In this document: in pieces, positions 26,232 to 34,616 of the stretch
How the letters are laid out: each line of letters begins with the position of its first letter
Position numbering within the stretch: position 1 is the stretch's first letter
From: Candidatus Hydrothermarchaeaceae archaeon
Lineage (GTDB): Archaea; Hydrothermarchaeota; Hydrothermarchaeia; Hydrothermarchaeales; Hydrothermarchaeaceae
Assembly (NCBI GenBank): GCA_036446855.1
Contig: JAZFTU010000153.1
Coordinates: forward strand, 1 to 40,015
Reading direction: 5' to 3'
Length of the DNA: 40,015 nucleotides
Program-made: the position numbers and the translations under genes
The notes under the pieces: model-generated
Database searches by the model: none
The model's input: only the letters and a program-made list of their open reading frames with translations
Told to the model about the DNA's origin: nothing

Positions 26232-27232
26232 AGATAGCGATACTCTCGGTAACAGAGCACGGCAGGAAATTTTCAGAGACCATTTCGGCCGCTCTCCCCG
26301 AGCATGAAACCACCTTGTTTTCTGGCAAAAAATTAAAGGACACAGTTGCCAGTATTTTTAGCAGATACGATGCACTGGTCTTCGTCATGGCCCTTGGCAT
26401 AGTTGTAAGGGTTATTTCATCCCATATCAAAAGCAAAAAAACGGACCCCGCAGTTGTAGTTCTGGACGAGAAAGGGAATTATGCGATAAGCCTGCTTTCA
26501 GGGCATCTGGGCGGAGCAAATGCGCTGGCTACCCTGATTGGTGAAAGGATTGGTGCCACCCCCATCATCACGACCGCAACAGAAGTTCACAATAAACCTT
26601 CAGTGGAAGGTATCGCAGAGAGGCTCAACCTTTCAATAGAGAACTTTTTAGGTGCCAAAATGGTGAACTCTGCGATAGTAAATGACAAAAGCGTGGGCAT
26701 CGCCTCGGACATAAAATTCAATCTGGAGTTGCCGGAGAATGTGGCCTTCGTGGACATGAGCGAGTTGAACCCATGGGACTTTGATGCGCTTGTGCTAGTC
26801 ACTAGCAAGCTTCTGGAAGTAGGAATAGACATCCCCCACGTGTTCATGAGGCCCAAAAACCTTATAGCAGGAGTTGGTTCGAAAAAAGGCATCGGTAAGG
26901 AGAATGTCCTAAATGCGATAAACTGCGCGTTTAACCAGGCAGGACTCAGCCTCGGCAGCCTAAAAACCCTGGCCACCCCAGATTTTAAAGTAAAAGAAAA
27001 GGGCATTATCGAGGCGTCACAAGAGCTTGGCGTCCCCCTTACAAGCATAGATATGAAGGATATAAGGCAGGTGGAGGGTGACTTTGAGTCATCTGAATAT
27101 GTCCGTGAGAAGATTGGCGTTGGGGCCGTAAGCGAGCCCTGTGCCGTTTTAGGGGCCTTATCAAAAGCACATCTATTACAGAAAAAGATTAAGCTGAAAG
27201 GGGTTACAGTTGCTATCGCAGAGGAGGAGTAA
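26228..27232 (+). CDS. cbiG: Cobalt-precorrin-5A hydrolase
   Basis: 334 aa with a three-part CbiG layout: IAILSVTEHG..., central LLSGHLGGANALA, and C-terminal GVGSKKG...LATPDFKVKEKG. ATGA overlap with cbiF. Confidence 0.85.
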   Translation: MKIAILSVTEHGRKFSETISAALPEHETTLFSGKKLKDTVASIFSRYDALVFVMALGIVVRVISSHIKSKKTDPAVVVLDEKGNYAISLLSGHLGGANALATLIGERIGATPIITTATEVHNKPSVEGIAERLNLSIENFLGAKMVNSAIVNDKSVGIASDIKFNLELPENVAFVDMSELNPWDFDALVLVTSKLLEVGIDIPHVFMRPKNLIAGVGSKKGIGKENVLNAINCAFNQAGLSLGSLKTLATPDFKVKEKGIIEASQELGVPLTSIDMKDIRQVEGDFESSEYVREKIGVGAVSEPCAVLGALSKAHLLQKKIKLKGVTVAIAEEE

Positions 27233-27233
27233 G

Positions 27234-27968
27234 GTGCAGGGGAAAATTTTTTTAGTTGGCATAGGCCCTGGAAAAAGAGAGCATATGAGCCAAAAGGCCA
27301 TAGATGTGATTGAGAGAGCTGACGTCGTGGTCGGTTACAAGACCTATCTTACTCTTATAAAAGGGCTCACCGAAGGTAAGGAGATTATCTCCTCTGGTAT
27401 GAGGCACGAGGGGGAGAGGGCAAAGATGGCAGTGGATAAGGCGCTAAAAGGGAAAAAGGTCTCAATAATTAGCAGCGGCGACCCGGGCATATACGCGATG
27501 GCCAGCGTTGTCTTTGAATATATGAAGGGAGAGAATATTGACATAGACGTAGAAGTCGTGCCAGGGATAACCGCAGCAAGTGCTGCAGCGGCCCTCCTTG
27601 GCTCCCCCCTCGGCCACGACTTTGCAGTGATAAGCCTGAGCGATTTGCTCACACCCTGGGGGGTTATAGAGGAGAGGCTGGAGCTCGCAGCAAAAGGGAA
27701 TTTTGTGTTAGTTCTGTATAATCCAAAAAGCAAAAGCAGGAAGGAGCAGATCGGGAGAGCAGTTGAGATATTAAAAAAGTACAGGGATGGGACAACGCCA
27801 GTGGGAATTGTAAGGAATGCCATGCGAGAAGAAGAGAACTTGGAGATTAGCACCCTGGAAAATATGCTTGACTGCGAAATAGATATGCTCACCATAATAA
27901 TAGTCGGGAATTCTGAAACCTTTGTATATGGTGGCAAGATGACCACCCCGAGAGGATACAAACTGTGA
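27234..27968 (+). CDS. cbiH: Cobalt-factor III (precorrin-3B) C17-methyltransferase
   Basis: GTG start 27234 is preceded by GAGGAGGAG. IFLVGIGPGKREHMSQKA, VVGYKTY and ISSGDPGIYAMA. Confidence 0.88.
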   Translation: MQGKIFLVGIGPGKREHMSQKAIDVIERADVVVGYKTYLTLIKGLTEGKEIISSGMRHEGERAKMAVDKALKGKKVSIISSGDPGIYAMASVVFEYMKGENIDIDVEVVPGITAASAAAALLGSPLGHDFAVISLSDLLTPWGVIEERLELAAKGNFVLVLYNPKSKSRKEQIGRAVEILKKYRDGTTPVGIVRNAMREEENLEISTLENMLDCEIDMLTIIIVGNSETFVYGGKMTTPRGYKL

Positions 27969-28723
27969 TTTTGGTACTTTCTGGGACCAGAGATGGCAGA
28001 GGGATAGTCAGGTTTCTAAAAAATAATGGATTTACCGTGCTGGCAACGGCGGTCACTGACTACGGCTCAGAATTGAGCAAAGGTGCGGGCGCAGACTATG
28101 TCGCAAGCGGGGAGCTGGACGATAAAGAAATGGCAGGATTGATTAGACAGCACAATTGCACAGCCGTAATAGATGCCACCCACCCATTTGCAGCAGAAGC
28201 GAGTAAGAATGCCATGTCTGCATGCGAGGAGCTGGGCGTCGGCTACCTCAGATATGAGAGAGAACCTGCGGCTATCCCGAAAAATCCGCTTGTTCATCAT
28301 GTTGGAAATATTGAAGAAGCAGCAAAGGTGGCATCTCAATTGGGAAATGTTATATTTTATACTGCAGGAAGCAGAGGCCTTGAATTGTTTTTAAAACAGA
28401 TTAAAAGAAAAAGGGTCGTGGTAAGAGTTATCCCTGCTGAGGAAGTCATAAAAAAATGCTTGGTCCTTGGCATTAGTACAGGTGACATAATTGCCATGCA
28501 GGGACCTTTTAGCACCGAATTAAACAGGGCGATGATGGAGGAGTGCGGATCAGATGTGCTGGTCACAAAGGAGAGCGGCAAGGTTGGAGGAATTGAAGAG
28601 AAGGTCAGATCCGCCCTGTCTCTGAACATTGCAGTCGTCGTCATTGAGCGGCCAAAGTTAAATTATCCCTCGGTCGTAAACGAAGAAAAGGACGTTATTG
28701 AATGGATATCGAAAAGCTTGTAG
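27965..28723 (+). CDS. cbiJ: Cobalt-precorrin-6A reductase
   Basis: GTG start in a GTGA overlap with cbiH. ILVLSGTRDGR...IDATHPFA...LVTKESG. Confidence 0.85.
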   Translation: MILVLSGTRDGRGIVRFLKNNGFTVLATAVTDYGSELSKGAGADYVASGELDDKEMAGLIRQHNCTAVIDATHPFAAEASKNAMSACEELGVGYLRYEREPAAIPKNPLVHHVGNIEEAAKVASQLGNVIFYTAGSRGLELFLKQIKRKRVVVRVIPAEEVIKKCLVLGISTGDIIAMQGPFSTELNRAMMEECGSDVLVTKESGKVGGIEEKVRSALSLNIAVVVIERPKLNYPSVVNEEKDVIEWISKSL

Positions 28724-29763
28724 AGGTAAGAAGCTCTAAAAAGGTAGTCCACGGCGGGGACGTGTGGTCGCATGATGTAAAAATTGATTTCAGCTCCAAC
28801 GTAAGCCCGCTTGGACCTTCTGATAAAGCTATTAAGGCAATTTCAGAAAGTGTTGAAAAAATTTGCCACTACCCAGACATAAATGCGACTTCTCTGAGAG
28901 CCGCAATTTCCAATTATATCGGAGTAAAACAAGAGTGCATCATTCCAGGAAACGGGTCGACAGAGCTTATTAAAAACTTTTGCGAGTTATTCGTAAAAGG
29001 CGGAAATGTTGTAATCCCTGTGCCCACCTTCGCTGAATACGAGGTTTACTCTTCGTTGTATGGAGCTAATTTGCGATATGTATGCTGTGAAACAGAAAAA
29101 ATAATCGGTGCTATCGATGCAAATACATCGGCAGTATTTATCTGCAACCCTAACAATCCCACAGGCACCATTTACGAAGAAAACGAAATTTTAAGCGTTG
29201 TACAAGCGGCACTTGATGTATCCGCATTAGTATTCCTGGATGAGGCCTATATAGAATTTAGCGAAGAAAGAAGCCTTTGTAGAAGCGCCCTTAAATTCGA
29301 AAATCTCTTCGTCCTGCGCTCGCTTACAAAATTTTTTTCTCTATCTGGACTCAGAGTAGGATACGGCGTTGCAAACGATGCCCTCATAAACTACATGGAA
29401 AAAGTGAGAATCCCCTGGAATGTTAACACTGTGGCACAGGCAGCTGGAATCGAATCTGTAAAGGACAAACAATTTATTAAAATGTCAAAAGAGTTTATAG
29501 GAACGGAGCGAGACTTTCTTTTTTTGGAGCTTTCAAAATTTTTAAAGGTGAACCGGACCAATGCAAACTTTTTCTTGATAGATTTGGAGGGAAAAATAAA
29601 GGCCCCAAAGCTAAAGGAGATGCTTTTGGAAAAAGGGATTCTCATACGAGATTGCAGCGACTTTACGGGGCTTGATGATAATTTTATTAGGGTCTCTATC
29701 AGAAAGCGTTGGGAAAATGTCAAGCTTATAGATGAGCTGAAATCCATTGATGGTTTAAAATGA
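28702..29763 (+). CDS. cobD: L-threonine-O-3-phosphate decarboxylase (PLP enzyme, aminotransferase fold)
   Basis: HGGDVW near the N-terminus, DFSSNVSPLGP, NPNNPTG, and SLTKFFSLSGLRVGY (PLP lysine). Confidence 0.85.
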   Translation: MDIEKLVEVRSSKKVVHGGDVWSHDVKIDFSSNVSPLGPSDKAIKAISESVEKICHYPDINATSLRAAISNYIGVKQECIIPGNGSTELIKNFCELFVKGGNVVIPVPTFAEYEVYSSLYGANLRYVCCETEKIIGAIDANTSAVFICNPNNPTGTIYEENEILSVVQAALDVSALVFLDEAYIEFSEERSLCRSALKFENLFVLRSLTKFFSLSGLRVGYGVANDALINYMEKVRIPWNVNTVAQAAGIESVKDKQFIKMSKEFIGTERDFLFLELSKFLKVNRTNANFFLIDLEGKIKAPKLKEMLLEKGILIRDCSDFTGLDDNFIRVSIRKRWENVKLIDELKSIDGLK

Positions 29764-29778
29764 AAAATAAACGAGGCG

Positions 29779-30108
29779 ATGCCCGGCAAAGACTCGGAGG
29801 CCAACATGCCGGCTGACTGTAGAAAGGAATTTTGGGAAAAGGCTCCAAGTGACTGCAAGTATTATCCGTGTCATTTACCGGGGCACGACTGTACATTTTG
29901 CTTCTGCCCCTTTTACCCCTGTCTCGATGGCAAAACCGGGGGAAGATACGTGATAAGCAAAAAGACTGGAAAGGACGTTTGGAGCTGTAAAAAATGCGAT
30001 TGGATTCATAAAAAAGATGTTTCAGTAAGCGTTTTAAGTGAGCTAAAGAAAATTTCAAAAGAGGATAGAAAAAGCCTTTTAGAGATTAGATTGAGATTTA
30101 TAAAATAG
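29779..30108 (+). CDS. Stand-alone 'cysteine-rich small domain' protein
   Basis: DCKYYPCHLPGHDCTFCFCPFYPCLDGKTGG...WSCKKCDWIHK. This dense Cys/His pattern matches the archaeal Cys-rich small domain that I recall being fused to corrin methyltransferases. Confidence 0.65.
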   Translation: MPGKDSEANMPADCRKEFWEKAPSDCKYYPCHLPGHDCTFCFCPFYPCLDGKTGGRYVISKKTGKDVWSCKKCDWIHKKDVSVSVLSELKKISKEDRKSLLEIRLRFIK

Positions 30109-30264
30109 AATTATGACATAGAAGAAACATCGAAATAGTTATTTATACTTCTTGTTTCAATAGATGGCTCTAATGCACCTGAAGCAAGTAAAGTTCTGCT
30201 GGTTTGCGGGGGCAGGAGGGAAGCTTTGGATATTTAATTTTAAAAGAGTTAGTAATATGGGTTG

Positions 30265-30285
30265 TGAGGGGACTCCTGAGGGGAC
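30265..30285 (+). repeat. Tandem direct repeat TGAGGGGAC-TCC-TGAGGGGAC
   Basis: Read directly, two exact 9-mers with a 12-nt period, in the 239-nt gap that splits the cob cluster, 63 nt upstream of the receiver gene ATG. Confidence 0.6.
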
Positions 30286-30347
30286 AGGGTGCCTAACTAC
30301 ATACGTGGGTGGATAATTTTGGGGTTAGAAGGCTTTGAGGAGGAAAT

Positions 30348-30728
30348 ATGGGAAAAAAAATACTTGTAGTTGATGACGAACCAGATTTTCTTTTTATTTT
30401 GAATAATGTCTTAAAAAGAGCAGGATATAATGTCATTTCTGCAAAGAGCGGTAGAGAGTGCCTAAAAAAGGTGGTCAAGGAAAAGCCAGACCTTATTTTT
30501 CTGGACATCATGATGAATGATATGGATGGTTGGGAAGTTTGCAAAAAAATAAAGAAGGACTCCCCTCACATCCCCGTGTCCATGTGTTCGATTCTGCAAA
30601 GCAGTTATGAAATTGACAGGAGCTTTAACTACGCCGGTGCAGATGAGCACCTCAAAAAGCCCATCAATTTTAAAGAGGTTCTTCATACTGCTCAGACTTT
30701 GCAGCCAGAAAATGCCCCTGTAATCTAA
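30348..30728 (+). CDS. Stand-alone response-regulator receiver domain (CheY-like)
   Basis: ILVVDDEPD (acidic pair), LIFLDIMMNDMDG (phospho-acceptor Asp) and HLKKP (conserved Lys-Pro). Strong GAGGAGG upstream. No output domain. Confidence 0.88.
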   Translation: MGKKILVVDDEPDFLFILNNVLKRAGYNVISAKSGRECLKKVVKEKPDLIFLDIMMNDMDGWEVCKKIKKDSPHIPVSMCSILQSSYEIDRSFNYAGADEHLKKPINFKEVLHTAQTLQPENAPVI

Positions 30729-30761
30729 TTTTAAATACTTTAATGCCCTCTCTATAATATC

Positions 30762-32222
30762 ATGGCAAGCATAATGATTCAAGGCACCTCTTCCTATTCT
30801 GGAAAGTCCTTTTTGGTAATGTCACTTTGCAGGATATTTCGAGATAAAGGAGTAAAAGTTGCCCCCTTTAAATCCCAAAACACCTCGCTAAACTCCTTTG
30901 TAACAATCGACGGTAAGGAGATTTCAAGGGCGCAGGCCCTCCAGGCTTTTTCTGCAGGCATAGAGCCCTCGGTTGAAATGAACCCAATACTCATCAAGCC
31001 TTCAGGCGAAAGCAAATCGCAAATCGTTGCATTCGGAAAGCCGTACATGGACATTGACGCGGGGGATTACTACAAAGATTTTGCGTTAAATAAGGGGCTC
31101 AAGATAGTAAAAAAGGCATATAGGGCGCTTGAACGAAAGTACGAATTGATAATAATAGAGGGCGCCGGGAGCCCGGCGGAGATAAACCTTTACAGCCAGG
31201 ACATTGCAAATATGCGAATTGCAGATTTGGCAGATGCCCCGGTAATATTAGTAGCAGACATCGAAAGAGGGGGCGTTTTTGCAAGCATTTTCGGGACGCT
31301 TGCCCTCCTAAAGAAGGAGCATAAAAGGAGAGTTAAGGGCGTTGTGATAAATAAATTTCGGGGGGATATCAAGATACTTGAGCCAGGAATAGAAGAAATT
31401 GAAAAGCTCACAAAAAGAACTGTTTTAGGCGTCATTCCATATATTGAAGGCCTTAGATTACCAGAGGAGGACTCTGTTTCTCTTCAAGATTCCCAAAAAA
31501 ACCAGGGGATAAAAAAAATTGCAGTGATAAGACTCCCAAGAATCTCAAACTTTTCTGATTTTGACCCACTTTTAAATGATGGCATAGATGTTAGATATAT
31601 AAGTGAACCTGAAGAATTAAAATTCGCAGATGCCATCATAATTCCTGGCACCAAAAACACGATAGAGGACCTCAAATGGCTGAGGGACAGAGGTTTTGAA
31701 AAAAATATACGCTCCCTATATGGGACGGTGCCAATAATCGGCATATGCGGGGGCTATCAGATGCTCGGGAATGGTATAACCGATGAATCAGGAGATATTA
31801 GAGGGATGGGCCTTTTAGATGTTGAAACAAAATTCGAAGGATATCACAAAACCACCCGGCAGGTCAGGGGAAAAGTTACAGCAGTATCTGGTATGTTTGA
31901 GGGCATGAGGGGTTGTAAAGTCCGCGGGTATGAAATTCATATGGGGAAGACAGAACTTGGAAGACGTGCAACCCCTGTTTTTGAACTTGAAAATGTGAAG
32001 GAGGGGGCAATTGATGACAAAGGACTGGTATTTGGAACCTACCTCCACGGGATCTTTGACTCTCGGTCATTCAGGGAGGGTTTTTTAAGATTTTTAGGCG
32101 TAAATGCAAATGCTACTTCAAAGTTACAAAAAGAAATTTGGGATGAAAGCATTGATAGAGCAGCAGGTGTAGTCTCAACTTCAATTGACATTTCAAGACT
32201 TGAGGAAGGGCTAGATGTATGA
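30762..32222 (+). CDS. cbiP: Cobyric acid synthase
   Basis: IMIQGTSSYSGKS (P-loop), IIEGAGSPAEINL, and a GATase half with GICGGYQMLG and YLHG. Confidence 0.92.
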   Translation: MASIMIQGTSSYSGKSFLVMSLCRIFRDKGVKVAPFKSQNTSLNSFVTIDGKEISRAQALQAFSAGIEPSVEMNPILIKPSGESKSQIVAFGKPYMDIDAGDYYKDFALNKGLKIVKKAYRALERKYELIIIEGAGSPAEINLYSQDIANMRIADLADAPVILVADIERGGVFASIFGTLALLKKEHKRRVKGVVINKFRGDIKILEPGIEEIEKLTKRTVLGVIPYIEGLRLPEEDSVSLQDSQKNQGIKKIAVIRLPRISNFSDFDPLLNDGIDVRYISEPEELKFADAIIIPGTKNTIEDLKWLRDRGFEKNIRSLYGTVPIIGICGGYQMLGNGITDESGDIRGMGLLDVETKFEGYHKTTRQVRGKVTAVSGMFEGMRGCKVRGYEIHMGKTELGRRATPVFELENVKEGAIDDKGLVFGTYLHGIFDSRSFREGFLRFLGVNANATSKLQKEIWDESIDRAAGVVSTSIDISRLEEGLDV

Positions 32223-33135
32223 GCTCCTAACGGCACTTGGCCTCGCAGTTTTTATTGACAGAGCACTTGGAGAGCCGGAGGACAGGTATCACTCCACCGT
32301 TTGGATAGGCTGGTTTTGTAATCTCATAAAAAGTAGAATGAAAAACACCTATTTTCAAGGGATGATTTTACTCGTTCTAGTTACGGCAATCTCATCAGGA
32401 ATCGCATTACTTTTGATGCATCTTTCCAGGGGGCATGTCCTATCCCTGCTTTTAGGAGGGGTGATATTGAAAATGCAATTCAGCTGGAGGGGCCTCTCAG
32501 ATTATACACTCCCGGTTGGTTTGGCACTGGAGCAGGGAATAGAAAAGGCAAAGGCCTTGCTTCCGTATATCGTCGGTCGTGACACGCAGGGCCTTAACAG
32601 AGAGGAGATTTTATCTGCCACAATAGAATCAATTGGCGAAGGCACAAACGATAGTATAATAGCACCCCTCTTTTACTACCTCCTTTTCGGCTCGGTGTTT
32701 GGCCTTCCTGCAGGAATTTTTGCTGCCGTATTTTTCAGGTCTGTTAACACACTTGACTCTATGGTCGGGTATAAAAAGGAAGGCCTGGATAGACTTGGAT
32801 TTTTTTCTGCAAAATGCGACGATGTCTTAAATTTTTTTCCTGCGCGCCTTACCGCTCTTTTTACAATACTTTCATCGTTTATCCTCCGAAAGAATTTTAA
32901 AAACACTTTGAGGATATTTGTTCGAGATAGGAATAAGACAAAAAGCCCAAATTCAGGTCATGCGATGGCTGCTCTGGCAGGCGCTCTAGGAGTTCGACTT
33001 GAAAAACCCGGACATTACACCCTTGGAGAGCCACTAGGGAAGCTTCAGAGAAGAGACATAAATAGGGCAATTGGAATATCAAATCTCACAACGGTTCTAT
33101 TTTTATTTATGAGCGCCATAATCATGCTCAGATGA
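32215..33135 (+). CDS. cbiB: Adenosylcobinamide-phosphate synthase
   Basis: Multi-TM protein with SPNSGHAMAALAGALGVRLEKPG, characteristic of the CbiB/CobD family. Confidence 0.88.
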   Translation: MYELLTALGLAVFIDRALGEPEDRYHSTVWIGWFCNLIKSRMKNTYFQGMILLVLVTAISSGIALLLMHLSRGHVLSLLLGGVILKMQFSWRGLSDYTLPVGLALEQGIEKAKALLPYIVGRDTQGLNREEILSATIESIGEGTNDSIIAPLFYYLLFGSVFGLPAGIFAAVFFRSVNTLDSMVGYKKEGLDRLGFFSAKCDDVLNFFPARLTALFTILSSFILRKNFKNTLRIFVRDRNKTKSPNSGHAMAALAGALGVRLEKPGHYTLGEPLGKLQRRDINRAIGISNLTTVLFLFMSAIIMLR

Positions 33136-33620
33136 AGGAAAAAATCAGAGAAATTGCAGGTAGTGCAATAGTTGGATTTACTTATTCAAGGTCTCCAGCC
33201 TGGACCAAGAGCGCGACCGTTCTTGTGGCAGGAAGTGATGTAAAACTGGACGTGCCTTCGAAAAAAATCGCATCTTATCTTGAAAAGGGGGGCTTTCGCA
33301 CCAAAATCGTAGATAGGTATGAGTCTGGCATCGATATAAGAAGCCTAGCCATTTCAGCCTCCCTGGGATCTCTTGGAAAAAATGGCCTTGTAGTTACCCC
33401 AAAGTTTGGACCTAGGGCCAGATTTTCTGTCGTGCTTTCAGATGCACAAATAAGGCCAGACAAAAAAGATAAGTTTGATTATTGCAATGGATGCAATAAA
33501 TGTATAGAAAGCTGCCCCTGTGGTGCCATAACTGAAAAGTTCAATATGTCTGCATGTGCAGAGCTTAATAAAGATGAAAGGTGTCTTCGATGCATTGAGG
33601 CGTGCCCCGTTGGAAAGTGA
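33132..33620 (+). CDS. Mini QueG/RdhA-like 2x[4Fe-4S] protein
   Basis: ATGA overlap with cbiB. ASLGSLGKNGLVVTPKFGPRARFSVVLSDAQIRPD is followed by CNGCNKCIESCPCGAI and C-x8-CLRCIEACP. This is colinear with the core-plus-ferredoxin segment of epoxyqueuosine reductase and reductive dehalogenases, but the protein is only 162 aa. Confidence 0.7.
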   Translation: MKEKIREIAGSAIVGFTYSRSPAWTKSATVLVAGSDVKLDVPSKKIASYLEKGGFRTKIVDRYESGIDIRSLAISASLGSLGKNGLVVTPKFGPRARFSVVLSDAQIRPDKKDKFDYCNGCNKCIESCPCGAITEKFNMSACAELNKDERCLRCIEACPVGK

Positions 33621-33623
33621 GAT

Positions 33624-34616
33624 ATGAATATTTCAGGAGCTAGTATTAAAATAAAAAAAGAGGCGATAATAATAAGCCTTAGCTCGCCCTGGAAAGTGCT
33701 TAGCTCAGCCATTATTGGAGGGGGTTCAGATGAGATTAAGCATATCATAATTACAAGGAAAGGTCCCAAAAATAACTTAGGTAAGACCGCGGCCCTATAT
33801 GACCTAGGTAAAAATACTACAGGAACGATATCTTCTTCAGACCTGAAAAATGCAGCGTTCATAAGAAAAAAAAACGTTGGAGCAATCGCCCTAAAAGATG
33901 CGCTAATTCTATTGATAGATTCAAGCCTGACCCGCCCTGCAATGGTAAACGCCGTAAAGATTTCCGCCGAGGCCAGAGCAAAGGCTTTCACCGACTTGGA
34001 TGTGAGGGATAGAGATTCCTGTAGCATAATAATTGCAAGCTCTGGCAGAGGAAAGGCGATAAAATCCACAGGTGCTGAGGAGTCCTTAAACTTGCTCATT
34101 TCACAGGCCACAAGTGAGGCAGTTAAAAAGACTATGCAAACAGAGGAAGACGTCTATCCAAACAGACCCATGGTGAAACGGCTGAAAGAAAGAGGAATCT
34201 TTTTAGACGACCTTGTAAAATCTGCGCTCGAGTTATTTGTCCCCCACAAAGGGCTAAAAAGCAAAAAAAAGGCTAGTGGCATTATCAGAAAAATGCTCTT
34301 AAATGCGCTTCTAGATATAAATGTCTCCTCTCTAATAATTGCAGGACTTCGGCTGGAAGAAGATGGGAGTCTCAACTTAATACCGGGGCTTACCAGAAAG
34401 GAATTTAAAAAAGATGTAGTAAGCATCGTTGCTGATGAAATTTTGGGAATGGCCATAGCTGAATATATCGGCGGCACGCGGGCGAGATTTGAATATGTCA
34501 GGTATGACCGGAGAAAGCCCGGAATCCTAAAGAGGCTTGGGCCCTTTGAAGATGACGTGATCTGCGGCCTTATTTCAGGCGTATCATCTAAGATGTACAG
34601 TGAGGCAGTGGAATGA
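33624..34616 (+). CDS. cbiZ: CbiZ-family adenosylcobinamide amidohydrolase with a ~160-aa C-terminal extension (possibly CobZ/PgpA-like, i.e. a CbiS-type fusion)
   Basis: N-terminal half: WKVLSSAIIGGG...RPAMVNAVKISAEARAKAFTDLDV (CbiZ-like). C-terminal half: VVSIVADEILGMAIAEYIGG resembles the DE..G core of PgpA/CobZ-type phosphatases. The second assignment is tentative. Confidence 0.6.
   Translation: MNISGASIKIKKEAIIISLSSPWKVLSSAIIGGGSDEIKHIIITRKGPKNNLGKTAALYDLGKNTTGTISSSDLKNAAFIRKKNVGAIALKDALILLIDSSLTRPAMVNAVKISAEARAKAFTDLDVRDRDSCSIIIASSGRGKAIKSTGAEESLNLLISQATSEAVKKTMQTEEDVYPNRPMVKRLKERGIFLDDLVKSALELFVPHKGLKSKKKASGIIRKMLLNALLDINVSSLIIAGLRLEEDGSLNLIPGLTRKEFKKDVVSIVADEILGMAIAEYIGGTRARFEYVRYDRRKPGILKRLGPFEDDVICGLISGVSSKMYSEAVE

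Noticed and set aside
33479-34111. A 210-aa minus-strand ORF. There are similar long antisense ORFs at 16284..16979 (+), 21161..21871 (-), 21667..22473 (-), 27344..27961 (-), 24052..24546 (-), 35490..36002 (-) and 6514..6987 (-).
   Set aside because: All lie fully inside, and antisense to, genes with strong family signatures (cbiZ-like, HAD phosphatase, cbiC/cbiD, cbiH, cobT, cobY, mcm). Their translations are low-complexity (rich in Ser, Phe, Leu, Ile) with no recognisable motifs or ribosome-binding sites. They are shadow ORFs.
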